39,115 nucleotides of DNA, taken from NCBI GenBank assembly GCA_965213685.1, contig CBDBZY010000040.1, positions 1 through 39,115 of the forward strand. Reading direction: 5' to 3'. Made by a program: the position numbers and the translations under genes. Of the stretch, positions 29,622-39,115 are shown one piece after another. Each line of letters opens with the position of its first letter. Positions within the stretch are counted from its first letter, which is position 1. Origin of the DNA: a bacterium. Lineage in GTDB: Bacteria; UBA8248. The notes under the pieces are model-generated. The model was not told the origin of the DNA, made no database searches, and was given only the letters and a program-made list of their open reading frames with translations.

Positions 29622-30859
29622 GACTCACCTTCCTGACCCAGTATTTCTCCCCGGAATGGGGGGCCGCACCCACGCGCCTCTTTGAGTTGACGAGAAGATT
29701 GGCGGCGATGGGCCATCAAGTCCAGGTCATCACCGCCATGCCCAGCTACCCGCTTGGCAGGACGTTCGACGGCTATCGGGGCAGGCTCCGCATGGTGGAG
29801 GAAATAGAGGGGGTCCGGGTGATTCGGACGTGGGCGTACCCCTCCAAATCCTCCCGTCCGATCCCCCGTCTTCTCGGCTATCTTTCTTTCATGCTGTCGA
29901 GCGTGCTCCTGGGCTGTTGGGGACTTGGCCGGCAGGATGTCGTTGTGTGCAACAGCCCGCCGCTGTTCGTTGTGCCGGCGGGTCTGGCCATCGCCCGCAT
30001 CGTCCGGGGGCGCTTCGTCCTGTACGTGGCGGACCTCTGGCCTGAAGTCGCGGTGCGGCTGGGGTATTCGATGGGCAGGTTCTCCCTGGAGGCTCTGCGT
30101 TTGCTGGAACGCTTCAGCTACAAGTGGTCCGACGCGGTCGTGACGAACAGCCCGGGGAGCAGGGAGAACATCAGCAGACGCTTCCCGCAGGTGAGAACGA
30201 CCATTCTCAGCAACGGCGCGGACATGGAGGCGTTTCGTCCGTCGCTGAGGAGTCCGGAGGCTCGGGCCGACCTCGGGGCGGGGGCGGACGATTTTCTGGT
30301 AGGGTATTTCGGCCTCTATGGCCTGTTCCAGGGGCTGGAGGTGATCGTCGAGGCGGCCGCCAAACTTCGGGGCCACCCCCGAATCAAATTCGTCATGGTC
30401 GGCGACGGCCCGCGCCGGGAGTCTCTCATGGAGCTCGCCGGGCGCCGGCGGCTGGACAACCTGAAGTTCGGGGAGTCGGTGTCGAAAGAGCGGGTTCCGG
30501 CGATGCTGGCCTCGTGCGATGTCAGTCTGGTGCCTTTGGCGGTAAAATTTCCCGCGACGGTGCCCTTGAAAACATACGAAGCGCTCGCCTGCGGCGTTCC
30601 CGTGGTGATCAGCAGGGGCAGTGAAGGCGAAAACCTTGTCAGTCGGCACAACGTGGGCCGCGCATTCTCCCCGCTGGACGCCGACGAACTCGCCGCCGTC
30701 CTCTCCGACCTAGCGGACGATCCCCGGGAGTGGGCGCAGCTTCGGGAGAATTGCCTGAATCTGGCGAAGCGCTTCGACTGGAGCCACATCGCACGGCAGG
30801 CGGAGGCCACCCTCCAGGCCGTGGCCGACGGCCGACCCTTGCCGGAAGTCAAGACATAG
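29618..30859 (+). CDS. Glycosyltransferase family 4
   Basis: LTQYFSPEWGAA, GHQVQVIT..PSYP, DLWPE, P.KTYEALACGVPV; ATGA overlap. Confidence 0.92.
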   Translation: MRLTFLTQYFSPEWGAAPTRLFELTRRLAAMGHQVQVITAMPSYPLGRTFDGYRGRLRMVEEIEGVRVIRTWAYPSKSSRPIPRLLGYLSFMLSSVLLGCWGLGRQDVVVCNSPPLFVVPAGLAIARIVRGRFVLYVADLWPEVAVRLGYSMGRFSLEALRLLERFSYKWSDAVVTNSPGSRENISRRFPQVRTTILSNGADMEAFRPSLRSPEARADLGAGADDFLVGYFGLYGLFQGLEVIVEAAAKLRGHPRIKFVMVGDGPRRESLMELAGRRRLDNLKFGESVSKERVPAMLASCDVSLVPLAVKFPATVPLKTYEALACGVPVVISRGSEGENLVSRHNVGRAFSPLDADELAAVLSDLADDPREWAQLRENCLNLAKRFDWSHIARQAEATLQAVADGRPLPEVKT

Positions 30860-30880
30860 AGAGGCCGCGTTCGGCGGCTT

Positions 30881-31717
30881 CTATCCCGCCGGTTCGGCTT
30901 TGCGAAAGTAGACGCCTTCCCTCAGCCGCTTTGAGGAGCTCTCCACGACGGAGCGGCACGCAAGATGCGAGGCGTCCAGCGTTTTCAGGGATTCCGCGGA
31001 CAGGCGCAGCCCATCCCCGTCTTTCGGCAACGGGACGAAGAACGCGCTTCTCACGAGTGCGCTGTCCTTGATTCTCTGCAGCAGACGCCGGAAGCCCAGC
31101 TTGCGCAGCGCGACGGCGCACGGCTGCCCGAGGGCGGAGAACCACATGAGCCTCGGACGGACGGATTCGTTCACCGACCCCCGGGGAACGCGCTGGAATT
31201 TCGAGGTCGCGCAGAGGGAGGCCAGAGCGTCCAGGACGCCGTCCGTCCCCCTGGTGAGCGCGGGAAAATACACGATGAGAACGTCGACGTTCATGCGGAA
31301 AATGTCCAGAAGAAGCTGGGGAGAGAGCCTGTCGCGCACGACAGCATCCTCCAGGCGCCTGACGCCGAGGAGCGCCGAGGGCTTTCCTCGGCTCCTCCGG
31401 AACCGCATCATGGAGAGCGCCCGGTCCCGATGGTTTCGTATCAGGACGACCACCAGTATCCGCCAGCCCTCCTTTTTCAGCCTCTCCACGCCGGGGAACA
31501 GGGCGGCATCTTGGTAGGCGCTGTTCGCTATGTCGCACAGCAGCTTGCGCTCCTTGCCGCGCAGCAGTCCCCACGCTTGTCGGAACGCTCCGGGGGAGCG
31601 GTAATACATGCCCTCCTTGATTTCCGGAACGGAGAAGTCCGGATGCTCTTTCAGGATATGATACAGAAAATCGCTTCCGGAGCGGCCCGGCCCGACCACC
31701 AGCAGATAGTCATACAT
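30881..31717 (-). CDS. Putative PAPS-dependent sulfotransferase
   Basis: 5'-PSB-like VVGPGRSGSDFLYHILKEHPD..KE and 3'-PB-like VLIRNHRDRALS; PAPS synthase in the same locus. Confidence 0.78.
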   Translation of the reverse strand: MYDYLLVVGPGRSGSDFLYHILKEHPDFSVPEIKEGMYYRSPGAFRQAWGLLRGKERKLLCDIANSAYQDAALFPGVERLKKEGWRILVVVLIRNHRDRALSMMRFRRSRGKPSALLGVRRLEDAVVRDRLSPQLLLDIFRMNVDVLIVYFPALTRGTDGVLDALASLCATSKFQRVPRGSVNESVRPRLMWFSALGQPCAVALRKLGFRRLLQRIKDSALVRSAFFVPLPKDGDGLRLSAESLKTLDASHLACRSVVESSSKRLREGVYFRKAEPAG

Positions 31718-31820
31718 CGTTGCCCCGCCCCTCGATAGTCTTTCATCAGTCTTTCATTTCACGGCGAGAGGGCGAAACGCGCCGGGGTAGCGCGCTCCCG
31801 TTCCGCCCCGGCCGATTCGC

Positions 31821-31850
31821 GGCGGAGGCGCCGACGGGCGCCCCTCCGCC
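31821..31850. terminator. GC-rich hairpin just downstream of the DUF499 gene
   Basis: GGCGGAGG...CCTCCGCC arms with inner CGCC/GGCG pairing; no clear U-tract. Confidence 0.4.
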
Positions 31851-31869
31851 TGCACCCGAACCTGACAGG

Positions 31870-34659
31870 TTATAGAGGCGATGCGGCGTCCGCGCAATCA
31901 TCCCGCACAACCCGCACCCGGTCGCTCAGCCCGAGGTCGCCGAGAACCTGTCTCAAGTCGGTCTCCATCTGCCCGGCGAGCGCGGCGCCGACGCTCACGG
32001 AGAACTCGATGCCGACGCTGAGGTCCTCGCCGGCCCGCAGCTTGGGCAAAATCCTGGTTCCCAGGCGGTTCCAGGCTTCGGGGGGCACGGTGCCGGCGAG
32101 CCGAAAGGTCGCCTTTCCGCCACCGGGGGGCGGCTCCGGCTCCGGATCCGCCGGCTCCTCGGGCTTGCGTTCTGGGTCGGGCGCGTCGCCTCCCGTTGGC
32201 TGCGGCGTTTCGCGCGCCTCCGCCCTGCGCTCCTCCGCCCTGGCCTTGGTCAGCAGAAAAACGTCCTTCTCGAACGCGACCTCTTCCTGGGGGAGCGGCT
32301 CCGCATACCACAGCCGACCGCAGGCGCCGTCATCTCTCTCGCCGGACGCCAAGCCGAAATCTCCGGCCGCCACGAACGCCAGGATCTGTCGGCGGAGGAT
32401 CGCGTCGGGGTCGAGCAACCGCGTGAGCGACCCGTCGAGGAAGCTCTGCCGCAAACTCGTGAGCGGCCAGGCGCCCGATTCCCGGAACGCGGGCGGCCAG
32501 TTGCGGGCGATGTAGCCGGCGCCTACGCTCTCGTTCAGCAACGCCTCGGATTTGAGCGCCCGGACGATCCGGCCGCACAGCGTTTCGCTTGCGCTGGAGT
32601 GGCCGGCGCCGAGGTCGATGATGTGGAGCCCGTGTTGCTGCTGCGCGTCCGAGAGCGCCGCGTATCGGTAGCCGGCCCACACCTCGTCCCTGGCGGCCTC
32701 CTCCGCGTCCTTGATGTGGACCTCCACTTCACCGCGTTCGCGCTGGTCGAATTCGGCGCCGAGGAGACCCTCCGCCGCCTCGCGCGCCACGTGTCGCCAC
32801 GCAAGCCACAGCTTCGCCTTCTCGTGCAGTTCGCGTCCCGGCTTCCTGGCGCACCAGACCAGCGAGCCCGGGTAGAGCCGCCGCGCGTCGCCCCGCTCCC
32901 TCGTCCAGTCGCCAACCCGCTCGACGATCCGATCGCCGTCCTTCCATTCCGTCTCCGGGTCGAGGACGATCAGCGCGAGGCGCGGCGAGTCCTGGACCGC
33001 TGCGCTGTCCTCGGGGAAGCAGAGAACGGGGAGGGTCGCCCCGCACCGGAACTCCTCCTCCACGAGCTTGCGGACTGCCGGCCTGAGCTCCGTTTCCTCG
33101 TCGATGGAGGCGCACCGGTCGCTGACGACCTTCTTCAGCGTCGCCTGGTGGTGGATGCGATAGCCGTCCGTCCCGACCTTGCGAATGAAGAACCCGGAGG
33201 TCTCCAGGTCCGCCGCGGCGGTGTCGATGGTGGTGGTCTCGACCTCAGGCTCGCCGAGCGCGAAGCGCAACTCGGGCAGATGCGCCACCTTGTCCACCTG
33301 CCCGCCGGAGGATTCGAACAGGATGGTCGCGCCCACGCGGCGGTGGATGTCGCGCAGGGCGCCCCGGGCGTCCGCGTCGAGCGCCCGGGCGCGGGAGGTC
33401 GGCGCGGCGAGGTCGGCCTCGATGGCTGCATCGAGCCTCGCCTCGCCCAACTGGCCCAGGACGACGGCGCGGAACTCGGGCGCGTCCAGCGGCGCCGAGC
33501 CGAGCGTGATCAGCGGCTCCCTGCGCGCCTTGCGGAACTGTTCGCGCGCGGCCCAGGAAATCCACTGCGCGAGCATGGCGAGCGCTCCGCGGGTTTGCTG
33601 AAACTGGGGGAGGGCGCGCCACTTGCGCTGGAAGACGGAGAGGGTCGCCGGATGGAAGGGGTAGCACGCCTCGAACCGGCCCCGCAGAAACTCCGTGGCC
33701 CTCTTGTCGCTCTTTGCGGTGTCGACGGCCAGCCATTCGTTCGGGAGGCGGGCGCTGCGCTCGAAACACCACCTCGCGTAGGCGCCGGCGACTCGCTTGC
33801 GGGTGCGCGCGCTGCCGAGGTTCTCGAACAGCCGCCGCCGCACGACCTCGCTGGTCTCCGATTCGTCGTTGGCGATCAGGTCGCGGGCGACGCGGCGGAC
33901 CACTTTCGTGATCCGCTCCTGCCATTGATGATCCCAGTCGGTCATCTCGACCTGGCTGCGCGGCAGGCTGATGACGGCGGCGGCTCGCCTGACCCCCGTG
34001 ACGGCGACGGTCAGGTTCTGCAGAAAGGCGTGGAAGCTCTCGGCCATGCCCCGATGGCGGTTGACGAAGTTGAGCACCTCGTCGAACAGCAGGAGGACGG
34101 GGGCGCCGGCGGCGGCGAACGCCCTGGCGAGCGATTCCGTTCCCGGCGGCGTCGTCCGGGCGGCGGCGCCGAGGGCGGCGACGCCCCGCTCGCCGGCCAG
34201 TTGGCGCGCCAGATCGATCCAGGGCGTCTCCCGCCCCTCCGCCGGGTCCCAGGCGTTGCCGACGAACACGCCGACGCGAGCGGAGGGCGCCTCGGCTATC
34301 CCTGCCTCGCGCAGGAGGTCCGCTGCGCCCGGGAGGCTGGAGGCGTCCGCGCCGGCCCGCGCCAGATGGTAGAGCGCGGTGAGCGTGTGCGTCTTGCCGC
34401 CGCCGAATTGGGTGATCAGCGTGAGTACCGGCGAGGTGTTCTCCGTCTCGCCGGCAAGCCGCCGGAGCGTCATCCCGGCATGCTCCTTCAAGGCGCGCGT
34501 GAAGCAGGTGCGCGAGAAGAACTGCGCCGGGTCGCGGTAATCCTCGGGGGCGGTGCCGGCGACCACCTGCTCGAGGGCGATGGCGAACTCGTCCGGGCTG
34601 AAGGAGCGGCCCTCCCGCACCTCCCGGCGGAGCGTCACGATTCTGTGCCACGGTTCCAT
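31870..34659 (-). CDS. DUF499-family AAA+ ATPase (BrxC-related)
   Basis: PWH....R.EVREG...DEFA..L, Walker A TQFGGGKTH, LLLFDE, EVVRRRLF, YPFHP, FQQTRGAL. Confidence 0.9.
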   Translation of the reverse strand: MEPWHRIVTLRREVREGRSFSPDEFAIALEQVVAGTAPEDYRDPAQFFSRTCFTRALKEHAGMTLRRLAGETENTSPVLTLITQFGGGKTHTLTALYHLARAGADASSLPGAADLLREAGIAEAPSARVGVFVGNAWDPAEGRETPWIDLARQLAGERGVAALGAAARTTPPGTESLARAFAAAGAPVLLLFDEVLNFVNRHRGMAESFHAFLQNLTVAVTGVRRAAAVISLPRSQVEMTDWDHQWQERITKVVRRVARDLIANDESETSEVVRRRLFENLGSARTRKRVAGAYARWCFERSARLPNEWLAVDTAKSDKRATEFLRGRFEACYPFHPATLSVFQRKWRALPQFQQTRGALAMLAQWISWAAREQFRKARREPLITLGSAPLDAPEFRAVVLGQLGEARLDAAIEADLAAPTSRARALDADARGALRDIHRRVGATILFESSGGQVDKVAHLPELRFALGEPEVETTTIDTAAADLETSGFFIRKVGTDGYRIHHQATLKKVVSDRCASIDEETELRPAVRKLVEEEFRCGATLPVLCFPEDSAAVQDSPRLALIVLDPETEWKDGDRIVERVGDWTRERGDARRLYPGSLVWCARKPGRELHEKAKLWLAWRHVAREAAEGLLGAEFDQRERGEVEVHIKDAEEAARDEVWAGYRYAALSDAQQQHGLHIIDLGAGHSSASETLCGRIVRALKSEALLNESVGAGYIARNWPPAFRESGAWPLTSLRQSFLDGSLTRLLDPDAILRRQILAFVAAGDFGLASGERDDGACGRLWYAEPLPQEEVAFEKDVFLLTKARAEERRAEARETPQPTGGDAPDPERKPEEPADPEPEPPPGGGKATFRLAGTVPPEAWNRLGTRILPKLRAGEDLSVGIEFSVSVGAALAGQMETDLRQVLGDLGLSDRVRVVRDDCADAASPL

Positions 34660-34673
34660 GGTTTTCCCTCCGG

Positions 34674-35645
34674 CTACGGCCTGCGCATACGGTTGAACAG
34701 CTCCAGGGACGACTGCTTCAGGCGCGCGAGATTCGCGTATGCGACGGGCGCGAAATCCCGGGCCGCCTCATACATCCGGTAGCGGACGCCGTCCGTCACC
34801 ACGACGTCGCGCCGAACGCCGAGCGCCGAGACGTATCCGATCGCCTGCGCGAGGGCGCCCTCCGCGTCTGCGCCCGGTCGCTTCGCCTCAATCAGGTAGC
34901 GGCAGCGCTCCGGGACTCTCGGTAGCCCGGAGAACACGCTCACGTCGATATAGCGCCACTTCACGGCGACCATCTCGGCAGGCCATCCCAGCGCGCGGAG
35001 GAGGGGGACGACGCAATGCGCGACCAGCTCGTCCTCCGTGGGGCGCTCCCCGAAGGCGTCCGCGTCCGCGTAAAGCGTCGACAGGTCATGCGCCTGCTCG
35101 ACGATCTCCCGCAGCGCGGGCGGCGGTGCCCGGAGCGTCGCCTCCTCAGCCGGCAGGCTCGGCAAGGCGCGCGATTGCCAATCCGTGGGCGGGGATTGAA
35201 TGAATCTGTGCGCGTAATCGACGATGTCCGGCGACTGAACGCGGGAGAGTCGCGACGGATGGGCGCCGAACGCCCGCCCGCCGAAATCATACGGCTCCGG
35301 AAGCGCGCACCAGCGCACCCGCCTGCCGTGTTGGAGGTCGCACCCGTTCACGTCGTCGAACTGCGGCATGTATTCGTACACAGACGCCACCAGCCCGACC
35401 GCCCGTATGGTGGACAGGCCCGTCCGAAGCAGCAGCGCGTCCCCGGTTCGCAGCTCGGAGGCGAAGCGGCGGACGAACCTGTCCGCAGGCTCCGCCGCCT
35501 CGGCGGGCCGCTCCGGACGCCACGGTCCCGCGTCCCCCGGGCCGATCAGCGCGACGCCGTGGTTCACGAACTCCTCGGCGCACGTCCGGTTGGCGGGGCC
35601 GGCGGAAACCTGCCATACGGCGCGTCCGTCCGCCTCGACCCTCAT
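34674..35645 (-). CDS. Two-domain protein: putative nucleic-acid-reader N-domain plus HsdR_N-like PD-(D/E)xK endonuclease
   Basis: N: WQVSAG, IGPGD, GD.LLL, AVG.V...YEY, RRVRW; C: E......V.PLLRALGW, YIDV, LIEAKR, QAIGY, VVTDG..YR.Y. Confidence 0.7.
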   Translation of the reverse strand: MRVEADGRAVWQVSAGPANRTCAEEFVNHGVALIGPGDAGPWRPERPAEAAEPADRFVRRFASELRTGDALLLRTGLSTIRAVGLVASVYEYMPQFDDVNGCDLQHGRRVRWCALPEPYDFGGRAFGAHPSRLSRVQSPDIVDYAHRFIQSPPTDWQSRALPSLPAEEATLRAPPPALREIVEQAHDLSTLYADADAFGERPTEDELVAHCVVPLLRALGWPAEMVAVKWRYIDVSVFSGLPRVPERCRYLIEAKRPGADAEGALAQAIGYVSALGVRRDVVVTDGVRYRMYEAARDFAPVAYANLARLKQSSLELFNRMRRP

Positions 35646-35649
35646 GCCC

Positions 35650-38643
<2,994 letters not shown>

Positions 38644-38647
<4 letters not shown>

Positions 38648-39115
38648 GTGTGCAGAGTCTCCACGTTCCACGTCTTGACGAGGTTCCGAAGACGCGCGAT
38701 TGCGCGCTGCAGGCTTTCGGCGCGCTCGGCGGCGGCGCCGGGCCGCCAGTGTTCCTGGACGTACTCGATGAGGCTCGACGTGTATGCCGGGCCCACGCTG
38801 CGCCCGCTCCGCTGCCGGGGCGTCATGTTCTCGCGAATTTTCGTTCGTCTCGAGTTGCGCGCCAGGTTGACCATCGCCTCCTTCGGCTGATCCAGGTTCT
38901 CGGGGGTGGCGCATATCCGGCTGCGGCTCACCCCCAAATAGCGCGCGAGCGTTTGCGCGTCCGCCATGAGCCAAGCCTCGACCGCGCGCACAACGACGCG
39001 GAAGCAAAGGCGGGAGGCGGGCGCCGAAATCCACCTGTCAAGCATCGGTGGCGCGCAATCGGCGTCGTTGTCGAGATCGACGAGCACCATCCACGGCGCG
39101 TGCTGGGCCGCGTTG
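38644..39115 (-). CDS. DUF4276-like (TOPRIM-like) protein, C-terminal part; runs off the right edge
   Basis: Open frame from the edge: NAAQHAPWMVLVDLDNDADCAP..FRVVVRAVEAWLMAD..PENLDQPK..SLQRAI; ATGA overlap with the DUF1156 start. Confidence 0.72.

Noticed and set aside
31737-31871. AGTCTTTCAT direct repeat and AACCTG-A-CAGGTT palindrome at the glycan/defence junction
   Set aside because: I found no second copy and no integrase or transposase, so they cannot be called att or REP sites

Overview
GC-rich bacterial chromosomal window in which housekeeping and catabolic genes alternate with three defence loci and a surface-glycan locus. Left to right: (1) two tandem M24 peptidase paralogues; (2) a three-copy tandem array, each unit a sigma70-type promoter plus a small membrane-anchored protein with His/Met-periodic 11-residue repeats; (3) a Type III restriction-modification pair whose mod gene carries a 10-bp simple-sequence repeat at its 5' end (in frame, candidate phase-variation switch) and whose res gene ends in an extra domain with a HEPN-like RNxxxxH motif, followed by a 139-bp duplicate of part of that domain; (4) sdhCAB; (5) a translationally coupled ABC/AAA ATPase with a degenerate Walker B plus a PIN nuclease; (6) catabolic enzymes, SRAP, a PEGA lipoprotein and an LLM monooxygenase/FMN reductase pair; (7) a probable sulfated-polysaccharide locus (sugar transferase, Sat-CysC, two glycosyltransferases, Wzy/WaaL-like protein, sulfotransferase); (8) part of a BREX-related DUF499/DUF1156 system with an inserted reader-nuclease gene, a G30 tract in the methylase and a DUF4276-like gene running off the right edge. 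Six single-base insertions in short G/C runs break otherwise intact genes, including sdhA, and look like long-read consensus errors. All family assignments come from motif recognition by eye, not from database searches.
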